Below are positions 26,334 through 36,319 of a stretch of 64,000 nucleotides of DNA, in pieces. The notes under the pieces are model-generated. The model did not search any database, was not told the DNA's origin, and saw only the letters and a program-made list of their open reading frames with translations. The position numbers were made by a program, and so were the translations under genes. The stretch spans positions 62,001 to 126,000 of the IMG/VR virus record IMGVR_UViG_3300032116_000001, one strand, 5' to 3'. How positions within the stretch are numbered: position 1 is the stretch's first letter; the number at the start of each line of letters is the position of its first letter.

Positions 26334-29300
26334 ATGTGTAATCAATGCAATAATATTAATCACAAGCAGGATTTTGTTCACCTGCACGCCCATACTCACT
26401 TTTCTGTACAGGATGCCCTGCCGTCGCCAACAAAATATGCTTTAAAGGCGAGAGAGATGGGTTTTCCCGCTGCTGCCATTACCGACCATGGCAAAATGGG
26501 CGGGGTTATCGAGTTTGTTGACGCATGTCGCGCTCCACATGAAAAATTCGCCCCGATTAAGCCACTGATCGGATGCGAGGTATACACATGTGAAGATAGA
26601 TTTGATAAATCCAAGGATGAAAATGGCGGGCGAAGAAAGCTTAATCACCTGACCCTCATTGCCCAAAATGAAGTCGGTTACAAAAATCTACTGAGAATGA
26701 CCGCAATCGGGGCCGATCCAGATGCATTTCATTATAGCCCGCGAATTGATTGGGAAGTACTAAAGGCTCACAGCGAGGGCGTCATTGCCCTTTCGGGATG
26801 TCTTGCGAGCGAACTTTCTCAAGCGCTATTAAAAGAAGATAGAGATTCAGCCAGTGAAATTGTGAAGAGATTTAAAGACGTATATGGCGAAAGATATTAT
26901 ATTGAACTTCAGTATCATGGAATTCCAGAGCAAAAACACAATTTGCCATTGCTCTGTGAAATGGCCAGGAAATATGATGTTCCTATGGTTGCGTCAAACG
27001 ATGTTCACTACATCAACAATGATGATTGGCAGTTACATGATGTTCTGATACAAATGCGAGACATTCGCGAAGACAAAGGAAGTGAAAAAAAGAACGGAAA
27101 GAAAGAAGCCTACGGGACGCATCAATTTTGGCTTAAATCAGAGCCTGAAATGCGCAGGATTTTCGAATCCAATGTTCCTGAGTCGATTACAAATACTGTG
27201 GCCCTGGCCGAAAGTGTCGAAGACTTTCTCAAGTTAGATGTCCCGCACTTGCTTCCCCCTGCCAATGTGCCCATGAATGATGAGCGGTTCTTAGGATTTT
27301 GGAAGTCTCACTTACCTCACCATAAGCCCAATGAAGCTTATCTAGCTTTTTTGACATTCGAGGGCATGAAGCGTCGGGAGCATGACCAAAATAAAGAATA
27401 TGTGAAAAGAGCCAAGTATGAGCTTACTCAAATTTGGAACATGGGTGTCACCGACTACTTTTTAATTCAAAGAGAAATGGTTGAGTTTATGAAATCTCAA
27501 AACATTTATTTTGGAATTCGTGGATCAGGCGTGGGCTCGTTGGTGAATTATTATCTTGAAGTTTGTTCAGTTGATCCAATAAGATGGAACTTGATGTTTG
27601 AGCGATTTTTAAACCCTGGCAGAGGCAATCAATACAAAATAAATTACGATGTTTTGCCAACATCAGAGTGGAAACAAACAAGTTTGGCCGAACAGGATCA
27701 ACAAGAAGCTGTTAAAAGATTGCGAAAGAATGCAAAAGAATTCCTGGCACAAAACCCTGATCTTGAGGATCGTGCTCCTGATATTTCTCGTGAGATTTGG
27801 GTTTTGGAAAACCAGGGGCTTGCTACATATTTGTGTGACCTTTCGGATCGAGGAATAACGTCTAAGACAAATGACAGCCATCTATGGACTGCATATATAA
27901 TGGGGATTACTCCCGAAAAACCTGATGGTGACATGATCGTTAAAAAAGTCGCCACCCTGCCTGACGTAGACACTGATATTGATGGTTCGCGCCGAGAAGA
28001 AGTAATCGACTGGGCAAAAGATAGATTTGGCCATGATCGCGTTGCACAAATCGGCACATGGGGGACTTATGCCGCCAAGGCCTCTGTTGTTGGCTCTCTT
28101 AAGACGAGCACTAAATTCAAAGAAAGGTTTCGTGACTCAACTCATGCCATGGCGCTAAGAGTTTCAGGTTCTATTCCCAAAAGACCAGGTATCACTATCG
28201 ATGAAGCCATTATGGAATCTGAGGATTTTGCCTATTATTATGGAACTTGGAAATCAGAAATTGACATTGCAAAACAGCTTGTCGGGACAATATCCAACCT
28301 CGGAGTTCATGCTGGCGGCGTTTTGGTTGCAAGCGAGCCCATTTGTGATCACAGTCCGATAGAAAACTCCAAGGGAACGCTTTGTTCTGGTTACGATATG
28401 AAATCAGTTGAGCGAGTTGGCCTAGTTAAGTATGATTATCTTGGGCTTGCAACATATGAACAAATATCCATCGCCTTGGGACTGATTAAAAACAGACATG
28501 GAATAGACATCATTTTAGACGAAATACCACTTGAAGACCCGAAAGTGTTTAAGAATATCTATGCAAAGGGCAAAACTAGCACAGTGTTTCAGTTCGCGTC
28601 CAAGGGAATGCAAGAAGCCCTAAGAATGGTTGAGGCATCTAATACAGAAGATTTAATTGCTGTGGCCGCTCTTTATCGTCCAGGGCCAATGGAATATATT
28701 CCTCAGTATGCAGAAGGAAAGAAAAAGCCAGAAGAAGTTCGCTATGCCCATCCGTTAATTAAGAAGAATTTGTCCGTTACTTACGGCATTATGGTATATC
28801 AAGAACAGGCTATGTTTTTGGCAAGAGACATGGCTGGATTTGACTGGAACGAAGTTGACAAACTGCGAAAGGCAATATCAAAGAAAAGTGGCAAAGACTT
28901 TGATGAAGCCTGCAATCTATTTAGAGAAAAGTCAATTAAACGCGGGATACCTGCAGCTGCGGTAAACGAAGTTTTGGGACTGATGTCTAAGTTTGGTGGC
29001 TATGCCTTTAATCGATCACATGCATGTTCTTACGCAATTTTGTCTTATTGGACCGCATGGCTTAGATATTATTATCCTTCAGAGTGGATCGCTGCTTGTA
29101 TTCAAGTAGACCGAGATGACGCTGACAAGATGGCTATTTTTTCTCGCGAGTGCAGAAACGAAGGTATTAATCTTTGTGCCGCAAATGTTAATGAGTCAGG
29201 GCTGAATACAACAGTAAACAAAAAAGGGGACATTATGCTGCCGCTTACCTCTATAAAAGGCGTGGGGCAAAAAGCCAGCGACATTATCGCGCATCAGCCT

Positions 29301-29642
29301 TTTGATTCTTTGAGAGATATGTGCTGGAGAACTAAAGCAAATCGCAAAATGGTTCAGTCTATGGCCGAAGGCGATGCACTTTATGTTTTCCCTGAAATCA
29401 ACGGAAATTCCGTGGATGAAATTATGGAAATTTGGGATGATTTGGTTAAAGAAAGAGTCTCAGAAGAGAAGCGCATAGAAAAAGAAAAGAAAATGCGCTA
29501 TAAAGTTGATTCGCCAATTCAACAATCCCATAGCACAGCGCCTAACACGAGGGCTACAAGAGCCTCTCGGCCTGCGCCGTCAAAGAAGAAGATCAAGGGG
29601 TCTATGAATCGTGTATTTTCGGATGAATTTTTTGGAGATTAA
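26334..29642 (+). CDS. dnaE: DNA polymerase III alpha subunit (C family) with palm insertion; lacks the C-terminal OB/tau-binding region
   Basis: PHP motifs HLHAHTHFS, TDHG, NDVHY; RGSGVGS, FERFLNP, PDVDTD, HAGG, KYDYLGL, YQEQ, FGGYAFNRSHA. Confidence 0.95.
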   Translation: MCNQCNNINHKQDFVHLHAHTHFSVQDALPSPTKYALKAREMGFPAAAITDHGKMGGVIEFVDACRAPHEKFAPIKPLIGCEVYTCEDRFDKSKDENGGRRKLNHLTLIAQNEVGYKNLLRMTAIGADPDAFHYSPRIDWEVLKAHSEGVIALSGCLASELSQALLKEDRDSASEIVKRFKDVYGERYYIELQYHGIPEQKHNLPLLCEMARKYDVPMVASNDVHYINNDDWQLHDVLIQMRDIREDKGSEKKNGKKEAYGTHQFWLKSEPEMRRIFESNVPESITNTVALAESVEDFLKLDVPHLLPPANVPMNDERFLGFWKSHLPHHKPNEAYLAFLTFEGMKRREHDQNKEYVKRAKYELTQIWNMGVTDYFLIQREMVEFMKSQNIYFGIRGSGVGSLVNYYLEVCSVDPIRWNLMFERFLNPGRGNQYKINYDVLPTSEWKQTSLAEQDQQEAVKRLRKNAKEFLAQNPDLEDRAPDISREIWVLENQGLATYLCDLSDRGITSKTNDSHLWTAYIMGITPEKPDGDMIVKKVATLPDVDTDIDGSRREEVIDWAKDRFGHDRVAQIGTWGTYAAKASVVGSLKTSTKFKERFRDSTHAMALRVSGSIPKRPGITIDEAIMESEDFAYYYGTWKSEIDIAKQLVGTISNLGVHAGGVLVASEPICDHSPIENSKGTLCSGYDMKSVERVGLVKYDYLGLATYEQISIALGLIKNRHGIDIILDEIPLEDPKVFKNIYAKGKTSTVFQFASKGMQEALRMVEASNTEDLIAVAALYRPGPMEYIPQYAEGKKKPEEVRYAHPLIKKNLSVTYGIMVYQEQAMFLARDMAGFDWNEVDKLRKAISKKSGKDFDEACNLFREKSIKRGIPAAAVNEVLGLMSKFGGYAFNRSHACSYAILSYWTAWLRYYYPSEWIAACIQVDRDDADKMAIFSRECRNEGINLCAANVNESGLNTTVNKKGDIMLPLTSIKGVGQKASDIIAHQPFDSLRDMCWRTKANRKMVQSMAEGDALYVFPEINGNSVDEIMEIWDDLVKERVSEEKRIEKEKKMRYKVDSPIQQSHSTAPNTRATRASRPAPSKKKIKGSMNRVFSDEFFGD

Positions 29643-29644
29643 TA

Positions 29645-30364
29645 ATGGAAAATAAAGAAACAAATAATGATCACGGCGGAATGTCTGAGCATGGCATGGC
29701 AGGTACTATATGGGACATTGTCGATCTTGATTATGAAATTACAGAAAGACACAAAGGCCCTTCAATTGAATCTTTTAAGAGTGATTACAAAGATTATGTT
29801 GATGCTATCAAATCTCTTCGGCAATACAACGAAAGCGCAATTAGAACCGAAATTGAAAATTGGGACCTTACGATTTCGGAAGAAAGTCTTTTTGATTTTC
29901 AATTAGCACAGTCATATTATGCGAAGTTAATATCATACAGAATAAGAATTACATATCTCCAAGATATAGTTAATCAGCACTATGAATTGCTTTCAGAATC
30001 TGTAAAAAGCTTAAAAACTATGGCTGTTAAGCTTTCGACTGGGGCCAAGCACGACAAAGAAGCCACCGCAACAAATATTATTCAGCCATTGGCCAAGGCC
30101 CTTGCTAATGCAACTAGATTTAAGGCCAGCCTAGACGGTGTTTACAGAAATATCGATTTCGTTTCATGGCAGATGGAAAAATTACTAAGAGAAAAACAAT
30201 CTATCTCCAGAATAAATAACGAACATGTGAGAGAGGGCATGAGCCATTCTTACACATCATTAAATGAAGAAAGAGAATCGCCTGAAAACAATTCTCAATT
30301 TACACAATTCAGTGGTGGCAAAAAAACAAAAACTGTTGTGAAAACTCGTTCAAAATCCTCTTAA
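29645..30364 (+). CDS. Helical hypothetical protein (possible UvsY-like recombination mediator)
   Basis: Coiled-coil character; upstream of SSB/RecA. Function is inferred. Confidence 0.5.
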   Translation: MENKETNNDHGGMSEHGMAGTIWDIVDLDYEITERHKGPSIESFKSDYKDYVDAIKSLRQYNESAIRTEIENWDLTISEESLFDFQLAQSYYAKLISYRIRITYLQDIVNQHYELLSESVKSLKTMAVKLSTGAKHDKEATATNIIQPLAKALANATRFKASLDGVYRNIDFVSWQMEKLLREKQSISRINNEHVREGMSHSYTSLNEERESPENNSQFTQFSGGKKTKTVVKTRSKSS

Positions 30365-30380
30365 TACATGATGCTTTAAG

Positions 30381-30406
30381 AGGATTTGACTTTCTTTTAG
30401 CAGAAT
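30381..30406 (+). promoter_or_regulatory. SigH-like promoter AGGA-N18-GAAT upstream of ssb
   Basis: Matches the sigma-H type -35 AGGA / -10 GAAT consensus. Confidence 0.6.
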
Positions 30407-30457
30407 ATAAAATATGTGAGCGGACGCAAAAAAAATGTGTAAATTCACAAATGTCAC

Positions 30458-30470
30458 ACTAATATAAAAA
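30458..30470 (+). promoter_or_regulatory. ACTAATATAAAAA motif (copy 2)
   Basis: Upstream of ssb. Confidence 0.55.
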
Positions 30471-30555
30471 CAGAGAGTGAAGCAAAAGCCAGCAGGCCAT
30501 ATTAATTGGCACTAAGAGCTTAAGTACAACTTTCACACAAAGGAGAAAAACCAAA

Positions 30556-31545
30556 ATGGCAAGACGTGTTACGCCAAAAACGTACAAAGAACAACAAACA
30601 TCGCAGTCAAGTGGCCGAAGCTACCCTAAGTTTTCGGACATTATTGTTAACCTTTCGGTTACAAATCTTGAGGTTGGAGAAGACAAGTCGGTACGACTTC
30701 GACTTGTCGGGCTTCCTATTACTTACAAGGAATATAACGACAAAAAGTGGGTCCCTGGACAAAAGGGCAAAACAGAACGTGTTCCTTTCCCTGACGCTCA
30801 TCTTAATAAGTCTTTGACTAGAATTGGGCATGATGATGAATCGCAATGTCCGTGGAAGGCCGAGGGTTATATTGCTTCGGCAAAGTATGCACAAAATGTG
30901 CTTGAGTATGATGCTGAAAATAAGACCTGGGTTCCAAAGATTCTCAACAAGGGGGCATCAATTTTTGATAAGTTCCAGCAATGGACCGATGGTCGCCTTG
31001 AGGAATACGAAGACCTCGACGAAGACGAAGCAGAGGATTTTATTACTCACCTTGGTGTAAGAATGTCGCCATGTGTTCGTATTAAGGCTTTGAAGAAGGG
31101 CGAAAAGGCACATGAAGTCGAGTACACAGTCACGGTTGAGTCAAAGCCCACCCCAATGACTGACGAGATGATTGAAATCCTCCGCAGTGCTGGAGAGCCT
31201 TCGGCGGAGCAAGCGGCAAAGATTCTTGCAGTCTATAAGCAAGATCAAGAAGATGACCCCACAATGCCCGAATGGGAAGACTTTTTTGCGCTTGGGCATG
31301 ATCTCGACCGAATCTTTAAGTTCACGCAAAAGAAGGACGAAGATTCGTCTGAGCCCGAAAAATCCACTTCTGAAGCTTCACTTGATTTGTCTACTGATGA
31401 CAATGACGATGATGATGAGGAAGAGGAAGTCGCAAAGCCAGTCGCAAAGGCCAAGACATCCGCCAAGACTAAGGCAAAGGTGTCTGAACCAGAGCCCAAC
31501 CCGTTTGATGACGAAGACGACGACGATTTGGACTGGACCAAATAA
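30556..31545 (+). CDS. Single-stranded DNA-binding protein, gp32-like
   Basis: VRLRLVG, CP, YAQNVL, KILNKGASIF, EYTV pattern; long acidic tail ending DDDDLDWTK; strong SD AAGGAG; next to RecA. Confidence 0.7.
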   Translation: MARRVTPKTYKEQQTSQSSGRSYPKFSDIIVNLSVTNLEVGEDKSVRLRLVGLPITYKEYNDKKWVPGQKGKTERVPFPDAHLNKSLTRIGHDDESQCPWKAEGYIASAKYAQNVLEYDAENKTWVPKILNKGASIFDKFQQWTDGRLEEYEDLDEDEAEDFITHLGVRMSPCVRIKALKKGEKAHEVEYTVTVESKPTPMTDEMIEILRSAGEPSAEQAAKILAVYKQDQEDDPTMPEWEDFFALGHDLDRIFKFTQKKDEDSSEPEKSTSEASLDLSTDDNDDDDEEEEVAKPVAKAKTSAKTKAKVSEPEPNPFDDEDDDDLDWTK

Positions 31546-31548
31546 CAT

Positions 31549-31589
31549 TTACTCTGAGGTTGTGTAAAAATTGCACAACCTCAGAGTAA
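31549..31589. repeat. 16-bp inverted repeat between ssb and recA
   Basis: TTACTCTGAGGTTGTG / CACAACCTCAGAGTAA, no U-tail. Confidence 0.8.
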
Positions 31590-31624
31590 CTCTACGTAAA
31601 AGGAATTTAATTACAAGAAATATC

Positions 31625-32869
31625 ATGGCTAAAAAAACAGACAAAAATCCTGAAAATGAATCGGAAAGCAAAATATTAGAATTTGAGAAAACAATTTTAA
31701 AACAAAAGTTAAAGGCACTTGGTGTCAGCGAAAAATGTGTAAAAACTGGGCGGACTGATAATGTCGCCTTCTGGCCAACTGGTGTTTTTGAGATTGATTC
31801 AATCCTGGGCGAAGGAGGCGGTATTCCAGAGGGCAGCCTCGTAGAGTTTTGTGGAGAATCTCAATCGGGAAAGACATGGCTTCTTTACAAGCTGATTGCA
31901 GAAGCACAAGCAAAGGGAAAGAAATGCGCATTCTTTAATATTGAAAACTCATATTTTCCTCCTCGGGCAGTGGCCTGTGGTGTAGATATAGATAATCTTA
32001 CTTTAGTTGAAAATATTGAGACCGCAGAGCAATATGGCGAAGTCTTAAAGCTAATGGTTGAAAGTGGGTTATATACCATTATTGGCGTAGACTCCATTAC
32101 AGCAATGATACCACAAGATGAAATTGCAAAATCACTAGAGCAAGTACAAACCATTGGCCTTCATGCACGTTTTGTAAAACGTCTTACAAGATCGCTGGTA
32201 GCCTTAACAGCTAAGTCGGGTACCATCTGTGTATTAATTAACCAGCTTTATATGGGACAAGGCAAGATGCCAGGAACCATGTCGCTAGGCGCTTCTGGCG
32301 GAAATGCAATGAATTATTTCACTCATATTCGCCTTTGGATTAACAAAATTAATGGTGCGGCTGGAAAAATTGTAAAAAAAGATGCTGATGGTAATGAAAT
32401 TATTGTTGGCGGAAAATCTCGGGCCTTACTGATGAAAACACGCTATGGAACGCCCAACGTTCATGCAGATTTTAAAATTATGTTTGTGGATGAAAAAACC
32501 AATATGGTGGATGAGTTCATTTACAGAGCAAAATCAAAGCCAGGGGAATACATTAAAGAGTCTCGAAAAAAGTTTTCTTATATTGTCTCTGAGACAGGCG
32601 AAGTGGTGGAATCCAAAGACCCAATTGAATTCATTAAAAAGCTTCAAGAAGTGCCTGCTCCCGAAAAACGCACCAGGGGCGACAATTCTACAACTGCTTT
32701 TGAATACATTTGCGGTAGGCTTAAAATCAGTGGAAAGCCGCTTGACGACCTGATCGAGTCATTGAATAATTCGGCGGATAATGATTTTGACGACAATGAT
32801 GATGATGAAATTGAAAACAGCAATGAAATGAGCTTCGAAGATGCTGCTTCGATTATGTTCGAAGATTAA
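31625..32869 (+). CDS. recA: RecA/UvsX-like recombinase
   Basis: PTGVFEIDSILG.GGIP.G, GESQSGKT, VDSI, INQL, SGGNAMNYF. Confidence 0.9.
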   Translation: MAKKTDKNPENESESKILEFEKTILKQKLKALGVSEKCVKTGRTDNVAFWPTGVFEIDSILGEGGGIPEGSLVEFCGESQSGKTWLLYKLIAEAQAKGKKCAFFNIENSYFPPRAVACGVDIDNLTLVENIETAEQYGEVLKLMVESGLYTIIGVDSITAMIPQDEIAKSLEQVQTIGLHARFVKRLTRSLVALTAKSGTICVLINQLYMGQGKMPGTMSLGASGGNAMNYFTHIRLWINKINGAAGKIVKKDADGNEIIVGGKSRALLMKTRYGTPNVHADFKIMFVDEKTNMVDEFIYRAKSKPGEYIKESRKKFSYIVSETGEVVESKDPIEFIKKLQEVPAPEKRTRGDNSTTAFEYICGRLKISGKPLDDLIESLNNSADNDFDDNDDDEIENSNEMSFEDAASIMFED

Positions 32870-32888
32870 TTAATTAATCATAAAATTA

Positions 32889-32939
32889 AATAAAAACACA
32901 AGGCATAATGTTTATCAAAGCATGCCTTGTGTTTTTATT
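32889..32939 (+). terminator. Hairpin/terminator after recA
   Basis: AATAAAAACACAAGGCAT / ATGCCTTGTGTTTTTATT, 18-bp inverted repeat. Confidence 0.7.
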
Positions 32940-33020
32940 GTTTGAAATCCACTAAAATAAATCATAAGTTTTGGGCATTGTCATATTTTACAAATCATAA
33001 CTGGAGCATAAGAATATTAA

Positions 33021-33827
33021 ATGGAAAGAAATCGTGAAGATGTTATCGTTGATGTTAATAAAACTATGCTTTCTGGCGAGGCAATGGCCTTGCAATTTAA
33101 CAAAAATCTCCTGAATAATAGCGGAGCGTTAGATTATGTTTTATCCCGCGGTATAAAAATGCATCAAATAGAGTCTGGTGCCGTCGGTTTTTGCCCGCCG
33201 TATTCTAGTCACTGGTTTCCGCTTCTAAAAGGAAGAATTACAGTACCCATAAGAGATGTTCATGGAAGGGTAATTGCCTTTGCGGGAAGACAATATGAGG
33301 GGATGCAAAGCCTTACTGAAAACGCACTTTGGGAAAAATACGGTGACAAACCCGCAAAGGCAGAGGAAAGAATTAAAAAGTGGCAAAAAAGCAAATGGAT
33401 TAATGAAACATATCCCAAAAATCGTCATCTTTATGGATTATATGAAGCTCGCAATTTCGTAAGAGAAATGGGATATATTGTTCTTGTTGAGGGGTATTTT
33501 GACGTCCTTGTGCAATCGTCAAGGCACCTTCCCAATACTGCTGCGCTTTGTGGCGTAGCCCTATCAGAATATCATTGTGCATTAATTTCTCGCTATACTC
33601 AAAATGTTGTTCTCATATTGGACGGGGATGATGCAGGCCATAAGGCGCTTGGAAAAATGATGCCCAAAATAGAAGAGGCGGATTTGCAGCCCTATATTGT
33701 TAAGTTGCCCAATGGTTACGATCCAGATAATTTTGTAATCAAATATGGCGGCAAGAATTTAAAAAGAATTTGCGATAAGTTAATTGCTGAGCAACAGAAA
33801 GAAATTCAAATAAATGTGAGAGATTAA
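33021..33827 (+). CDS. dnaG: DNA primase catalytic core (Toprim) without zinc-binding domain
   Basis: YVLSRGI, GRITVPIRD..GRVIAFAGR, LVEGYFDV, LDGDDAG, DPD. Confidence 0.9.
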   Translation: MERNREDVIVDVNKTMLSGEAMALQFNKNLLNNSGALDYVLSRGIKMHQIESGAVGFCPPYSSHWFPLLKGRITVPIRDVHGRVIAFAGRQYEGMQSLTENALWEKYGDKPAKAEERIKKWQKSKWINETYPKNRHLYGLYEARNFVREMGYIVLVEGYFDVLVQSSRHLPNTAALCGVALSEYHCALISRYTQNVVLILDGDDAGHKALGKMMPKIEEADLQPYIVKLPNGYDPDNFVIKYGGKNLKRICDKLIAEQQKEIQINVRD

Positions 33828-33830
33828 ATT

Positions 33831-34286
33831 ATGAGACCGTCTTGGGATTGTTATTTTATGGAAATGGCTATTTTGGCTAGAAAAAGGTCTACTTGTTCTA
33901 GCCGCAAAGTTGGTGCAGTCTTGGTGAAAGACAGGCATGTAATTTCCACTGGTTACAACGGATCGCCGCCTGGCATGCTGCATTGCGATGACCCTGGCAT
34001 TGGTTGCTTGTTACAAGATGGTAGATGCGTTAGAACAATTCATGCCGAGCAAAATGCCCTTCTGCAAGCGGCAAGAAAAGGCGTCAGTACGCTTGGGGCG
34101 ACGGTCTACACCACGCATCGACCCTGCGATGTTTGTTCCAAATTGTTGGCGGGAGCGGGAATTAGTCGTGTTGTTTATATAAATGGCACCATTGATGGTT
34201 GGGGAAAAGAAATTTTTGATGCATCTAATATTCAGGCAGATAAATTTTCATGCAACGAATGTGATTTTTTACTTTTTGAAGATTAA
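33831..34286 (+). CDS. dCMP deaminase
   Basis: RSTC, GYNG, HAEQNA, PCDVC. Confidence 0.92.
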   Translation: MRPSWDCYFMEMAILARKRSTCSSRKVGAVLVKDRHVISTGYNGSPPGMLHCDDPGIGCLLQDGRCVRTIHAEQNALLQAARKGVSTLGATVYTTHRPCDVCSKLLAGAGISRVVYINGTIDGWGKEIFDASNIQADKFSCNECDFLLFED

Positions 34287-34306
34287 ATAAACGAAATTAA
34301 AGTAAC

Positions 34307-36106
34307 ATGATTGAAACTGTTTGGGAAATTAAAAAGGCTAAACGCCAAATTGTAGATGAAATTGCCGATCATATGGAGTTGCCCATATCTGTGGCGTCTT
34401 TATTTGTGGCAAGAGGATTGGATACTCAAGACAAGATTGAAGATTTTACAAAAATAGGCACAAAATATTTGCACAATCCCTATATGCTTCCAGATATTAA
34501 GCCCGTATTATCAAGGCTTCATAAGGCCCTAGATAATAACGAAAAAATATTTGTTTGGGGAGACTATGATGTTGATGGCATTACTGCAACAAGTGTTGTT
34601 GTTACGACACTTAGAAAGCTCGGGGCCAATCTTGCATATAAAGTGCCTCACAGAATGGAGGATGGGTACGATATTAAAACACCATCGGTAGATCAGGCTA
34701 TTCAAGCTGGTGCTGATTTGCTTTTTTCTGTTGACTGTGGTATTGTTGCATTCGAAGCGGCCAATTACGCCAAAGAAAAAGGCTTGGACCTAATCATAAC
34801 CGATCACCACCACCCATCAAGCGACGGCAAAATTCCTGATTGCATCGGGGTTGTAAACCCAAACAGAGATGACCCTGAATATCCAGGAGAGCATTTTGCT
34901 TCATACGCAAAATCAGATTTCCAAAGATATCCTTTTGATAGCCTGGCAGGTGTAGGCATTGCATTTAAGGTGATGTTAGCCCTCGCTCACGAACGGGGCA
35001 TCCCAATGCGAGAAATGATGGATGAACTCATTGAGTACGTGGCATTAGGTACGGTTGCAGACGTTGCTCCCATGATTGATGAAAATCGAACCTTGGTGCA
35101 TCTTGGGTGTATGCGACTCACTAACACAGACAAGGTTGGTTTATCAGAGCTTCTTAAAGTAGCAGGTGTTAAAAACGTGACCACCACGAGTATTGGGTTC
35201 AATCTTGGCCCAAGAATTAATGCCATTGGGCGCTTGGATGATGCTGGCCTTGCACTTGATCTTTTGCTTGAAAAGAACGAAAGCCGAGCAAAGGCTTTGG
35301 CCATTCAGCTCGACACTGCAAATAAGCGCAGGCAACAACAACAAGAGCAAGTTACACAAGAAGCCATTGCAATGGTTGAAAGTGAATACGATATAGAAAA
35401 CACGCATATATTAGTTGTTGGAGCAAAGGGTTGGCACCCTGGGCTCATTGGTCTTGTTGCAGGCAAGCTTGCAGAAAAATACGGAAAACCAGCGCTTGTG
35501 TGTTCAATTAAAGAAGATGGATACGCCAAGGGAAGCTGCAGATCAACGCGACATTTTAATATTCTTGAGGCTCTTAAATCACCGCAGGCATGGTCACTCT
35601 TTAAGAAAAGAAATGATGGTTCAGTAGTTTGCGGAGGACATGCTTTTGCAGCTGGTTTTGAATTGCATTCTGATAATTTAAAACCCATGAGCAAGGCCTT
35701 AAATGATTATGCCAAAGATATTATTGGGGACGTAAAAAATCAAAGAGTAATAGATATTGATGCTAAAATACAACCTGGCGAGATAAGTGTTCAAACACAT
35801 GACGCAATGATGAGGCTTGCTCCTTTCGGGGCCGAAAACCCCCAGCCTGTTTTTATCGCAAAAAATATGATAATTATGTCATCCAAAACAATTACCGACG
35901 GCAAGCATTTAAAGCTCAAACTTAAGGGTAAAAACAGTACAAACTGGGTGGAAGCAAATGCCTGGAGAAGAGGTCATGAAGCTGACAAATTCTGTGAAGG
36001 TGCAGTGGTAGATGTAGTGTTTACAATGTCTGTCGAAGAATATGCTGGACGGACTTCTTTGGCCATGACTATTGAAGACATGCGTCTATCAGAGGCGGCT
36101 TCATAA
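34307..36106 (+). CDS. recJ: ssDNA-specific exonuclease RecJ
   Basis: GDYDVDG, VDCG, TDHH, GTVADV, PRINAIGR, GSCRS, GGHAFAAG, PFGAENP. Confidence 0.95.
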   Translation: MIETVWEIKKAKRQIVDEIADHMELPISVASLFVARGLDTQDKIEDFTKIGTKYLHNPYMLPDIKPVLSRLHKALDNNEKIFVWGDYDVDGITATSVVVTTLRKLGANLAYKVPHRMEDGYDIKTPSVDQAIQAGADLLFSVDCGIVAFEAANYAKEKGLDLIITDHHHPSSDGKIPDCIGVVNPNRDDPEYPGEHFASYAKSDFQRYPFDSLAGVGIAFKVMLALAHERGIPMREMMDELIEYVALGTVADVAPMIDENRTLVHLGCMRLTNTDKVGLSELLKVAGVKNVTTTSIGFNLGPRINAIGRLDDAGLALDLLLEKNESRAKALAIQLDTANKRRQQQQEQVTQEAIAMVESEYDIENTHILVVGAKGWHPGLIGLVAGKLAEKYGKPALVCSIKEDGYAKGSCRSTRHFNILEALKSPQAWSLFKKRNDGSVVCGGHAFAAGFELHSDNLKPMSKALNDYAKDIIGDVKNQRVIDIDAKIQPGEISVQTHDAMMRLAPFGAENPQPVFIAKNMIIMSSKTITDGKHLKLKLKGKNSTNWVEANAWRRGHEADKFCEGAVVDVVFTMSVEEYAGRTSLAMTIEDMRLSEAAS

Positions 36107-36158
36107 TAATTATTCTTTAAAGACAAAATAATCATAAAAAAAGCATGTCTTCTGACCT

Positions 36159-36207
36159 ATAATTATTTATGTGATTTCAAACAATATGCAATCACATAAA
36201 TAATTAT
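36159..36207. repeat. Perfect 18-bp AT-rich inverted repeat
   Basis: ATAATTATTTATGTGATT-N13-AATCACATAAATAATTAT. Confidence 0.85.
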
Positions 36208-36319
36208 CGTGGTAGATTAAACAATCACAATCAACAGACACGCACAGATTTTTTTATAATCTACAAGATGTCAAGCGTATTTATATCAACATAAACCACG
36301 GCTTTGTAATAAAAAGCCT

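Noticed and set aside
27624-27959. Intein or intron in dnaE
   Set aside because: No C/S/A1 block A, no terminal HN, no endonuclease motif, and the frame is uninterrupted.
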